In this document: piece after piece, positions 24,327-36,678 of the stretch
How the letters are laid out: each line of letters opens with the position of its first letter
How positions within the stretch are numbered: position 1 is the stretch's first letter
Assembly: GCA_964270895.1 (NCBI GenBank)
Contig: OZ185447.1
Direction: 5' to 3' (one strand)
From: Podarcis filfolensis
Lineage: Eukaryota
DNA: 64,000 bases
Position numbers and translations under genes: made by a program
The notes under the pieces: model-generated
The model's database searches: none
What the model was told of the DNA's origin: nothing
What the model saw: only the letters and a program-made list of their open reading frames with translations

Positions 24327-26639
24327 CCTCTCTGCTCTTGGACTGGTGCACTTCACCTAGGCTGCAAGGAAACTATTTGGCGGAGAGGTTCCAATGAAAA
24401 CCCCCAGCGTCAGATGGATGAGTCACCTCGGTTTTTTGTAACAGCAAGTTCCTGAAAAGTGAAATATCACCACAATGTGCTGCAAGCCAGAGAGAAATGC
24501 TCCCTTTGCCCTGGTTGAGAAGGGGATGACTGCCAACTACCGCTCATGTCTGTTCCGAAGCCTCTGCTTTGCTAGTTTCCATAACCTACTTTCTTATCAG
24601 CCGATTAGCAAGCAGGGACCAGTAGATTCAGCTGCTCCGTTTTAACTGCCTAGACAATCTCTGGGCAGAAGCCTCGAGTCTTCTGGCCCAAACTACTTCC
24701 ACCGATTCCATTTTGCTCCCAGAAATCCAGAGTTCTGGCACGGGACGGGTGGGAAGGAGGCAGAAGCAGCCTTCTCTCCTCCAGATATCGGCACTGAATG
24801 GCCCAAACTGCGGCAAGCAAGAATGATCACTGGGCACACAGGGGGAAACCCTAGGTGACCACACCGTCCCCAACAGCTCTCCTGGAGCCAAAAGCAGCAT
24901 GGAGAAAACAGTGGTGCTTCTTTCACCACCCTCCATTGGTTTGCCTGGGTCCAACAGTCATTTGGATTCTCCCCCTCTCAGAACTGACTCCACCAAACTG
25001 CAATTGCACCTGGCTAAATCAGCAAAAGGGATGAGATAGCCAGGACCCACGATGGTCAGATCAATGCGGGGACCAGCTGCCATTCACTCTGGGCTGTTAA
25101 GAACACAGGAAGAGCCTGCTGCATCTGGCCAATGAGTCATTTAGTCCGGCGTCCCGTTCTCATAGTGGCCAACCAGCAAGCAGGATTCTAGCAAAAGAGC
25201 ACTCTCCCTTCCTGAGGTTTCCAGCAACAGGTATTCAGAAGCACAGCTGCCTCCAACTGAAGGCACGGGGGGGGGGGGAATACCCATACCCATCACGGCT
25301 AACAGGCACAAGTTTGGAAGCCAGTCTCCAGCAAGAAACATGGTAATGTTATGGAAAAGCTGGTGCCTGGATTTCCTTATGCCCCTCTTGTAACATGCCT
25401 CTGAGCTTGCTGTCCCTTATTTCAAAGCCTTGAGTGCTTCAGCAGAGAAAGAGAGAGAGAAGAGTACATTAAAGGAAGCAATTGGTAAAATTCACCAGCC
25501 AGGGCTTACACTTAAGAGTGGAGGTCAAGAGGACTAGGGTTGGCAATGCACTTTGGAATGCCTACTTTCTGAACATGTGCAGAGGTCTTCTTGAGGAGCC
25601 ACAGCCCACCCACACCCCATATATCCAGGCAGCAGGGGCAAGTTACTACTGGACGGAGAAGCTCGAGACATAAGCACCTTTAATGGGGAGAATAAACTAT
25701 GCCAACAGCATCCCCCTGCGGTGAGGTTCTTGGGGTGGGGCAGAGAAGGATAACTCTCAAGCACACTACCTGCAGGGTGCATCCCCCTCTACCAAGACTA
25801 GCAAGATCCTGTCTGCTCAGAAGCACAACCTATGTTAGCAGTTTGTATGTCAGCTTCCACAGAACTGTTTCCATTAAGCGGTGACTAATCTCTACTGTTC
25901 CGGCACAAATGCCCCATCAGGATCTCAGCTCTGCATTTAAAGGCTGTCAGAATGCCAGATTTAAGCCATCTGTGCAGCGATGATGCCAGGCAAGACTGCT
26001 TGGCTCCCCCCACCCCACCACGATACACGAGAGGGTACTAAAGGCATAGAAACGAGCAACATGGACCTCAAACGCAGGAAAAGTTGACAGATTTTTTTTT
26101 TCCAGTTTACAGAACTGAGAGGAATTAGCTGGTGGCTCACACGGCAGTTTTACTCAACTTAGACCGAAGCAAGCATCACATTTTCCAGCTTGGTAAGAGA
26201 ACGAGACCAGGACTGAAATCATGGCTTTCGTTAGCATCCACTCCACAATTAAGTGCCTTCTCGGAATCAAATGCACCAGCAACAGGCAGCTGCCACTGCC
26301 ACACCCTGCCCGTCTGTTTCATGTTTAGATATCTAATGGGTAAAGAAAGAGAGTTACTTTGCTCTTGAAGAAGAGGCCAGGAGCAGAACGACATGCTACA
26401 CCAGGGGTGGGGAGTCCTTCGTCCTCCAGATGCTGCTGGACTCCAACTCCCATCAGCCCCCACCAGCAAGGCCTGGGGTGCTGAGAGATGCAGTTCAGCA
26501 ACATCTGGATTCCCCCCACTGATGCTAGACACATGTGCATCTTATGACAGCATGCCAGTGGAGATCCCTAGGGGGAAATAACCACCCACTACTACTTCAA
26601 TTTAAATTACCCTGCCCTGAAACGTAGTTTTTCTTCCAT

Positions 26640-27270
26640 AGTATTAAAAACTCAGATACAATATAAAAGCTAGGGGCCAAATCGCTCCTTAAACAGAGCT
26701 TGCAGTTCCCAAAACAGAATGTCTAGTTGCCATTTTGGGGGCACAACTACTCAAGTCTTATTTTTTCAAATGGCGGACTGGCTGTGATTGATTCTCAGTT
26801 AAACATCTCACTAGTTCAGATGACAACCTTGAGCTGGGTTAAGAACCTTGAGAACTTTATCTGGGGACAGTCCACATATATATCATCCTATTCCTCCTGG
26901 GGTTTTTTCCCCTTAATGGTGACACAGACCATTCATAATGTAAGAATATTCTTCACAACTGAGCAGGGCAGTAGGGTGGGGTAAGTGAAGACAAGCTGCA
27001 ACAATGAACTGTAAGGTTGTGCACTGCTCCTGCTCAGGCTGCACAGAAAAAGCATTCTGGTTCCTGAAATTCACTCCGATTGTGCAGATAAAATATAACT
27101 GATGGAATTCTACAGGATGGGGTATTAGTGTGTGAAAACAGTCCAGATCCAGTTATCTCCAGACATGCACCTCCAGATGGTGGAGATGTCAGGCGTCATC
27201 CTGGCGCCCAGGCATCTTCATGAGTGGCTGAGTCAGGTGCAAAATGCCCCTGGCTAATTTCAAACACAGG
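26640..27270. mobile_element. Old DNA-transposon remnant (probably hAT, CAGTGTT terminus); other copies at about 19358-19500 (same orientation) and 29480-29835 (inverted)
   Basis: Shared blocks aagctaggggccaaat...gaatgtctagttgcc and ctccagatggtggagatgtc. Confidence 0.65.
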
Positions 27271-30200
27271 CGTCCAAAGGAGGAGAGGGGGACTTAGCAG
27301 TGCAGTGGTGTATACACAGAAAGGTTAAGGGCATCTGTCCTCCAGTACATCATTCCAACTCTTCCTGCTCACCCTTCTGTGAGATGGAGGGAGCACCTCC
27401 GCCTGCCTTTTGTTGTGTTTCCAAGAAACATGCAGTTGGGCCCCCCAATCCCAGTACCAGTGTGTGTTAAGCCTGCTTATGGAGACAATGAAACCTTCCC
27501 ACTTGGGAGCGCAGACACACTGCATGCAGGGCAGCACTGTGGGTGCAGCTCTGTTGCATGAGTGCTAGCATTCTCGGCCTGCTCACCTACAGCACTTTGT
27601 ACCACTGCTGCCTACTTTGCACCCAAGGAGGCCCTAGGCAAGCAGCAGTAGGGGATTCTTCTGCCCCCTCCACCCCAGCCCCCAATGCATTTTATAATCA
27701 GCCAAAGAAGGCCACGCCCTACGACTGGCCCCTATCCTGCAGCCACGATGCCAGACGCACGGTGGAGGTGCCAGTGGGTCACACTCTGGACCTATGCTTC
27801 TTCTCTTGAAGGGACAAGTCCCAGCAACTGTATGGATCGGGAGACTGCAATGGCAGCCACCAGACCTCATATATAACCATCAAAAACTTGTTGTCTGGCC
27901 CTCAGCCACCGACTGAGTTTGCTGCAATGCTAAAAAACCATTCATAAACATCCTAATTGTGGAGTAAGAGAAAGAGACCACCATGCAATGCTGAAATCAA
28001 CACTCCTGCTGAAAGTGAATTGGAAAATCAACTGAAGGGGTTGGGGGGGGAGAGAGAGAAAGTGTCTCTGCATATTAGGGGAGATGGGCATATTAACTGT
28101 TTGATGCTGCAGCCAGGCCATAATTGTGCCAAAACCCGGAGTTGCTCCTCTATAATCTGGCCCTAATGTAGCACTCCACTGATTTTATTATGGTTCATGG
28201 CTTTTGGCAGCTGAAGACATGCGTTTGTCATCTGGCGATGGGCATCTGGTAACTGCAGAGCATTCTGCTCTCAAGTTCTCTGGAGCAACCTCCCTCAAAG
28301 CACAGGGACAGGGGAACCGCCTGGCCCAGAGAGGCTGAAGAGAAGGTACCAAGGAGGGAATCTTTCACATAGGCATCAGGCACCATTTTTATCCTTGGTA
28401 TTTGCAAGCAGCCTTTTGTACTATTTATAGCAGAAAGCGGTGCATATGTCTTAAATAAAACGAGGTGGCATGAGCCGTTGGTGGAAAGAGGCGCGAACAG
28501 CTGAATTTCCTAGGTGGTAAAACACACAAACACACAATATGAAAACTTTGGCTGAAAGCCTTTTTTTTTTCTTCAAAAAAAAGGAGAGAGTAACTTGCCT
28601 CCTTCTACTTTTGCTCCAATATATTCCAGTCAGTGTCTTGATGGGTTAGCAGATGGTAACTACCCTCTGTTGCGGTTGTGTTTGCAGGATATTAATGAAG
28701 ATGGGGTGATCGTTTTATCAAGAGGTAAGTAAGAAAACGAAATGAAAAGGTGACTCAACAGGGCTTACATAACGTTGAGTTGTTTGCCCTGCGATAATAG
28801 GACATAACTGACAATGCTTACCTATCGTGTATGGTTTTGATTGCCAGATACAAATGTACATTTGTAATTTCCTTACTTCGCTCTTGCCTCCGTGATAAAC
28901 CTTTTAGCGCCTGTTCAAACATGTGATATGAAAAAAAACTCGAGCAGGGTGATGCAGTTCTGTGGCAAGAACTGTTATCAAACCATAGTGGATCTTGTCT
29001 TCCTTGGGGGCAACTTGTTATTCTACGGATTATTTACGTGCTGCTTTTTTTGTTCAAGGGTTCAACCTACGAATACAGGTTAATCGCAACAATATAAAAC
29101 AGCAAAACCACAAAGCACCTATCAGCCACGCAGAGCTACAGAGCATTCCACCTCTCACTTAGCAGCCACTCCCAGCTGGTCCAATGTCTCAGTAAGTCCA
29201 TCTACAACAAATCACATCACAAAGGAGCAACCCAAAGGGACAGTCTCTTACCCTTTGGGGTTGCCCCACTGACAGCAGCCTGCTGTGCTCCCAAATGAGT
29301 AGGCTCAAGCTGTGGGAGTGGCCGGCTTCTTGCTCTTGATGGGCAGGGCTGGTGACGTTGTTTTCCAGGTGCAGCAGAGCAAGGCTGGGGAATCTAAGGT
29401 TGCTATCCATCTCCAGCCAGCAATAGTCCTCCCACTGCTACCTGCCTTCTCTTGGTAGCCGCTTTTCTGTTCATGTGCATCCAGCATTCGAAATTTACCA
29501 GGTGCATTTTGCACCTGCCGATCAGCCACTTGAGGCCAAGTGAAGAAGCCCGGGTGCCAGGATGGTGCCCGACGTCTCCACCATCTGGAGGCGCATGCCA
29601 AGGGATCCTTGGATCGTGACCATTTTCACACACTAGCAGCACATCCTGTAGAAGAATTCTGCTATATTTTGTCTGCACAATCAGAATTAATTGCAGGAGC
29701 CAAAGAGCCATATTGAAAAATATGACTTTCGAGCCGCCTGACCCCAAAAATTGCAACTAGACATTCCATTCTGGTGACTGTAACCCTGGTTTAAGGAGCC
29801 ATTCGGCACCTTAAGCAAACACTGGTTGCAACACTGGTGATAATCCTCCCATGATTCCAGTGCCAACTGTCTCCAAATGAAAACAGGACTGAGGTTTCCT
29901 CTTCCTCCTTTCCATTCTTGTGCCCCTCAACAACTTTAGGATTGCTAACCACCTAACCGGGGGAATAACCACTACCACCACAACCTTACAAGATTTTAGT
30001 GCTTCTGGGCCTGTTGCCAGGGTTGTGCGAGCACCAGGATTGGGGGCTAGCTGCCAGAGTTTGAACAGAAGCCGGAAGCATCGTTTTCACATAGTGTGCA
30101 AGGCTCAACTGTGTCACCCAACACGTGTGTAACCAAGGAGGCAGAATGCTGAGCTCAGAGCTAGCTCATCATTTCCGCAGGAGCTGTGGCACAAGGGGCT

Positions 30201-33200
30201 ACAGGGTGAATGTGCTTTCTCTGTAACCACCCACCGCAGGCTCCCTAAGGCTGAGGAAGGCAGGGTGGCGGCAGAGCAGCTTGGTGGCAGATGTCAAGGA
30301 GATTTTTCTCACGCCCACTTCCCTTCGCCCCACACAGAAAGAAAAAGCACAGGCTGTGCCCACTGTATTCACCACCACAGGGAAGATTTTTGATATTATT
30401 AATTCTGCTCCATCCACCACCTCTGCCCAGGTGCCATGAGCACACACATCCTATGCAAAGCAGGCTGAGAGCTCCTTTTTTTGGGGGGGGGGGGGAGAAC
30501 CCAACCACCTCTTCATGCGAGCCTATTACCTGCCTTGCCATCTCGTATTCCTTTCATTCTACCCACTCAGCCTGAAATATAAATTCGCATGCCTCTAAGG
30601 CACTGCGTGTACTTTCCCTGGCTCGGCAATAACTACTTTCTGCAAATGGGAGTCATTTGTCAAGGCCCTCTGGTAACAGGGGTAGTATTTTTTTAAAAAA
30701 CAGAACACAAAAAACACACCTCGGTCCTAACTAGTACCAGAGTCGGAACTGGATAATGAAAGAGAAAATGGGATCTAAGGGATCAGGTCTCACTGAAAAC
30801 AGATGGCATTTCCCAGCCTCCTAATTTTGATAAGGAGCCTTGAGGGGATCTAAATCTTACAACGCTGCTAATGCCTTGTGGGATCTGTGTGGATCTCTGG
30901 AGAAATTCTCCGTTTTCCATTTGTTGCGCTGGTAATAGAAAACAGAAGCAGGCGTGTGTTTAAACTTGGATCTGCCACGATCTTGCAGAAACGTGCATGT
31001 GCGTGGGAGGGGGGGCAATTTAAAGAGCAAAGCAGGAATGCAATATCTCCACTGCATATCCTTTTTGCTTCTCAAGTAGTAACCTCTCCCCCCCCCCCCC
31101 GCTTTTGTGGGTTTCTGCAGATCTGGGTGCAAACGCTCAAATCTCCTGGCATCAAGCATCATCTGACCCTGAGCTCTCGGTTCCTTATTTAAACACACTC
31201 AGCTTGTATTATGTACATAAAACACAAGTGAAATCTACACTTCTGTATTCCCCTTTGAGCTGGCAAACACATGCCCTGAACTCCAGCCATTTTGCTGATA
31301 GGAATGTTGTTACATGAGGGTCCCCAGGATGCCTTTGTCCACCAGAGGGGGAAATACTTTCTCTCTAGGAAGAGTTTCTCTCTGTGTGTAGTGCAGGGTC
31401 TGAAAGGCATTACTAGGGAACAGAGGGTGTTTTTACAGGACACCCCCTTGCTAGGACAGAGAGATCATGGCTGTGATGTGTGTCAGCTGCTCAAAATAAG
31501 GCACTAAGGAGTTATTCAGTCTTGTCCCACAGCACACACAGCCTTACTTCTTAACACTGGAATTCAATTCCTTCAGTTCAGATCTCACCATTAGCTCCTT
31601 TAGGTGATTCACAAAGTAAAAAAGATACGCTCATTTCAAAAGGGGAAATGGAAGAATGCAATCCTTTTTTTACTAATCAAACATCTTATTAGGATGGGTT
31701 TCAATATTTTCAAAGGAAAACATTGGCATCAATACACTAATAAAATAGATATAAAGGTACACCTTTTATGAAGAGCAGCTAGGCCAGAAATTTGGGCAAT
31801 TTCTTATGGAGTCTGGCCATAACATTGCACTCTACTGATTTCATTGTGGTCCTGTCTTTGGCAACTGAAAATAATGCATTTGTCAACTAATGATGGGACA
31901 GCTGCCGACCTCAGAGCATCCTGACTTGCTGTGTGCTGCCTGGGGGAGTTTAGTAAGTTGTCATAAGCTGCACATGGAGCAAGAATAGACAGGCTTCTAT
32001 AAGCTAGCAGCCCAGTGTTATTAATTCCCCCCAACATCATAAAACAAAATAAAGAGTTTAGCAGTTTCTCCAATAAGATGCACATCCACCAAACTGGTCA
32101 AAAGGCAACCTGTTTTAAGGCAACACTGTTGTAATCAGATCCACCTTCACTGACATTTCTTACTGCTAGAGATAACTGCAAAGTTAAAAAAAAAGCATCC
32201 AGCTGGATCAATGGTTTGATGTGACAGCTAATACAGCCTTGCAGAGCCTCAGCTACTAGATCAAACCAGAGCTCCCTGAGAGAACTTCACTCCTTTGCCA
32301 GCAAGCTGAGCAACAGATTCTAAGACTAAAATGTGCAGAGGTGAAAAGACTTCACTCAAAATGCACTGTTTCCTCAACTTATAAAAAACAACACAGCACT
32401 ATGAAGTGTTCTGGCGTACTCTTTGGGATAGGCCTGGAAAAACACATATTCCTACAAGAATACAATCTGAACGAACAACTGTTAATGCTTTATTATCACA
32501 GTTCAGTCTCCTTTATGGGAGCTTGCATAAGGTGTTAGGTACATATGAACCGCAACAGGTACATATGATCTGGCACTAGGTACTCACCCTAAGATTAAAC
32601 AGGCATGGCTTTCTATTCTTTAAAACATTAAGTCAAGCAAACCACAACAGCAGTAAAGGAAGATCAGTAAGCCAAGCCAAGCTCTCCACAGAATAAGAGA
32701 AGCCCAGCTTCCCAAAGCACAAACACACAGCGTCTATACGCCCTAGAGAAGAATTTAGAGGAGGGGAACAGCAAGAGACTGAGGCTGCCACAGGCACAGG
32801 CACATCCTTATCTCTGTTTCCAACTTCTGATCGATCCATCATGCAAATGCGCCGACAGCTTTAGCTCCTGCTTTTTGCTGTTATGTACAGAATCACCTGA
32901 ATAGGTTAACCATTTTGTCTGCAAAGGAACATTGGCCACGAACTGGCTGGTGCTAAATCAAGATGACCCAGATACAGTTGCCTCTGCCCCCCCCCCAAGA
33001 AAACCCTGAAGAGAAAAGAGGTGGTAGAATATCATAGCAATGAAATCAAAGTGCAGGAGAGAGGAGAAAGAGTGCTATAATGGGGCATCACTACTCCCCA
33101 TCTCTGTCAAAGTTCTGTCCTGCCCCCCCCATTTCCCCAGACTAAATCCTTCTCCTGTCCTACCTACATTAAGCTCCTACCATGTTCTTTAGCCATTTAT

Positions 33201-34739
33201 CATAGCCAAGTACACCGAATACATAGCAGAACACCCTGCTACTGCTGCCCCCATTACTTCCACATCCCTCCCCAGGTGCTTGCTGCTCCCACCATTTCAC
33301 AACACAGAAGCTCTCAGCTGCTACTGCTCTTCACTGATCTCGGCCTAACTTTTCCACACCCACTGTTTGACCTGCCCTATAGCTTCCTCTGTTCCAGGAC
33401 CATTTGTAAATGTTTTTACAAATCCCCACCTGTTCAAGCAGCCTCCATTTTCACAGCCCAGGAAAGCCACTAAATATTCCCTCCGAGCCCTGAACCTGCT
33501 TGGTTCCACCTGCAGCACCTCCATCAATTATTAGTCCTCTAAAAAAAAGATGCCACAACTCTTGTTTTTGTTGCAGCAGGCTACTATGGCTCCCCCTCTA
33601 GAAGCTGACCCTTTTTTTTCTTCTACGCTCCCATCCAAAATTTGACCTATCCCATTTCTTCACTGTATATACATATTTTCATACCTTCTTCCATATAGGT
33701 ATCCTAACTTGGGCCACAGAGCTCCAGCCTGCAGTGCAAGCAGCTCCAGGGAACACCCCCACCCCCCCAAAACAGCACCGCCCACCTTCTTCCTCCACAC
33801 CCACTTCGTTTTAAACTGCTCTTTTCTGAGCCTTCTTTCAGCTGTGCAACGTCCCTTTTCCCCCTTCAAAATAATACAACTCTGGCTGCATTCCCAAGCG
33901 TGGCCACATCATATGGCAACAATGATACTTGCAGCCTATTAATCTCCAACGTTGTGTTGTTTTAGCTTTCTCCAACACTCAAAGAGTAGGCCTTTTTCAG
34001 GGGAGCTTTCCACCAGGCTCCCAAAGACCCCTTTCTGGTGCTAACCCACGCACCAGCAGTATAATATGTAGGCAGGATTTTATGAGGGGTGTATGTGTTG
34101 GTTCATCCCAATATGCATTACTTTACAGTTTCTTGATGGGATAATCTCTCCTGGAGTTTTTGCTGCCTGTTCAACCCAGCAACTTGGGTCCCTGCAGACT
34201 GCCTGAACTCAATCACGCTTAATAAGCTTATTGTCAGCTGTAAACTGGCGGGAGGGGGGTCCCCTCATTGTTCACACCCTGCGCCCCCTCGACTTAACCT
34301 TCGCCCCTTCAACTCCACAGACCAATCGCCCTCAGATGAAGGGCAGCATACAAATTTAATAATTGCCCGACTACCTCAGAAACTACCTCAACCCCTACTC
34401 GCCTTCTTTGCACTTTATTTTAATAGCAACTTGCACCCATTGCTTTCTCAGCCCCCGCATCCCCGAACCCATGACTTGCCCTCATGCAGCCCTTACTCCA
34501 ACATGGCTCCCCCACCTTACTTCCCCCTCTCTACTGCACCCCACCCAGCTGCTCAGCTCCCCAACAGCCCTCAAACACTTTCTACCCCCCCCCCACCTCG
34601 AACTTACCGGTTTTATTCCCCTTCCTCACTGTTTGCTTGCTTGCTTGCCCACCTACGGCCCCTAACCTGCTGCCCCCTCAGGCGGCTACCTACCCTGTCC
34701 CCCCCCACCATGTAGTTAGGCCTAGCCAGGTCTCGTTTA

Positions 34740-35450
34740 ACGGACGCCCCCGCCCCCCCCCAAGTTACCTGCCCGGCCCCCATCTCCGCCTCGACGGTGC
34801 TGCAGCTGGAAGGGGACGGTGGCCCTGAGCGGCTGCAGCCCGCCCCGGCAACACGAGGAGGTGCCTGCCGCCATGGACCAACCCCGCCACCTTCCAAGCT
34901 CCGCGGGCGAGGTGGCCGCGCCAGCAGCTTCCCGAGCGGCCGCCTGCAGACCCTCTCTCGCCGCCTCCGCCGCCGCGACTGAGCCGCCCGCGGGACGCCC
35001 CTGGCACGGGGTCCCCTTTTCAACGCGCTAGGGGCGGGACGCCGCACGGCGGATGCCGGTCATTGGCCACCGGAGTTGGGTTGGGCGGGGTCCCCGGTAA
35101 AAGACCACGCCCACGGGACCGCCCCCTCTGCCCGCTCGCCTTGCACAGAACGGAGGGCCAATGGGGAGGCTTCGGGCTTCTTGCACGCAGCGCGCGACCT
35201 CTTCCTCCTCTTCCTGCAGGTTTGCTTAAGACGATCCCCATAGACTTGTGCCGGTAAGGCTCCTATGCAAGGTTGCTCGGCTTGGGGGTTTCTCGAGTTG
35301 TGGTGGGGTTTTGTGTGCTTGCCCCAAAGGTAGAGGCGGGAGCGAGAGAAATGCAGGGTTGGTGTTTGGTTTTTTTTAATGCAAGCTGCGATTCGACCGA
35401 GCAAAGCAGCACGCTATCTCTCCCCCACCCCCCCAAAAAACCAACCAACC
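34740..35450 (-). promoter_or_regulatory. FAM117A CpG-island promoter and 5' UTR
   Basis: CpG-dense stretch with GC boxes (ggggcggga near 35031, ccacgccc near 35105) and CCAAT boxes (near 35062 on minus, near 35158 on plus), just upstream of exon 1. Confidence 0.8.
34769..34874 (-). CDS. FAM117A: FAM117A coding exon 1 (MAAGTSSCCRGGLQPLRATVPFQLQHRRGGDGGRA + 1 nt)
   Basis: Manual translation matches the FAM117A N-terminal motif GLQPLRATIPFQLQ. ATG in context gtccATGG; donor G|GTAACT at 34768; 106 nt, phase 1; lies in a CpG island. Confidence 0.9.
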
Positions 35451-36323
35451 CCCGAAAGGAAACAGCTGGCGTTCCTTCTAAATTCACCTTTTATATCCAG
35501 CAGAAAATGGGGTTTTAACACATGGGCGTAGCCGGGGGGGGGACTGCCCCTCTAAATCAAGCAAGTAAATCAAAACACTTAACTAAAAGTACACATTAAC
35601 AGATTTTTCAGTGCACAAGGGGTCGAAAGACATTTAAAACAACCGTTGTTGAGACATTTCATTCCAAATCTGCTCAGAGCCAGGCAAAGGATGGTGACAG
35701 GTGGGGTGTCGTGCCCCCCCAAGCATAAATCCTGGCTACAGCTGTGGTTTGGCAACACGGTGGTTATTAGCAGTGGGGGCATGTCTTAATCAGCAGAAAT
35801 GTTCTGTGCTCAGAGTGCCGCACCCCCTCCATAAAGCTTGCTCCAGGATTTGGGGAGGAGAGAGCTCTTAAGGAATAAAACTCAATTCAATAGCCAGGGC
35901 ACCCAAGCAACAGTTGGGATCCAGCTGAATTTGGGAGTACTGTAGTAAAGGCATCTGGTTTTCCATCCCCACTCTCAGGTCTTGAACTTATAAGAACACT
36001 GAACTTGAGCGTTGACTGGTAACACAGAACTAGCAGCCCCATGAGAAGCAGCCTTAACATTCATTTCCGTGTACAAAGAAGGAACGTGGATATTTGTCAC
36101 ACGTCGCTAACCCATATGCTATCGCTGGCATGCTCTATCCCCACCAACAGCCTCTAAATGCAGAGGCACTGACAACACAGCCCTACCTGTAACCAATGAT
36201 CTCTCTCTCTGGGCCTACGAGGCATGTGACAAGATGGCAAACACAGCTTGCGAGGAAACACAGATGTTGCAGGAACACTGATAGAAATTAGGCCAAAAAT
36301 TAGTGCCAAGTATACGAAGTGAA

Positions 36324-36678
36324 GGGACGCGGGTGGCGCTGTGGGTTAAACCACAGAGCCTAGGACTTGCCGATCAGAAGGTCGGCGGTTTGAATCCCCG
36401 CGACGGGGTGAGCTCCCATTGCTCGGTCCCTGCTCCTGCCAACCTAGCAGTTTGAAAGCACATCAAAGTGCAAGTAGATAAATAGGTACCACTCTGGCGG
36501 GAAGGTAAACGGTGTTTCCGTGCGCTGCTCTGGTTCACCAGAAGCGGCTTGGTCATGCTGGCCACATGACCCGGAATCTGTACACCGGCTCCCTCAGCCA
36601 ATAAAGCGAGATGAGCACCGCAACCCCAGAGTTGGCCACGCCTGGACCTAATGGTCAGGGGTCCCTTTACCTTTACCC
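36324..36678 (+). mobile_element. Full-length Sauria SINE with 12-bp target-site duplication
   Basis: tRNA-like head with A and B boxes; tail ccctttacctttaccc; ATACGAAGTGAA at 36312-36323 and 36679-36690. Confidence 0.93.

Noticed and set aside
25098-25260. AP-1 site at about 25134 as an enhancer signal
   Set aside because: It lies within what appears to be a decayed LINE 3'-end repeat, so a single motif is uninformative.
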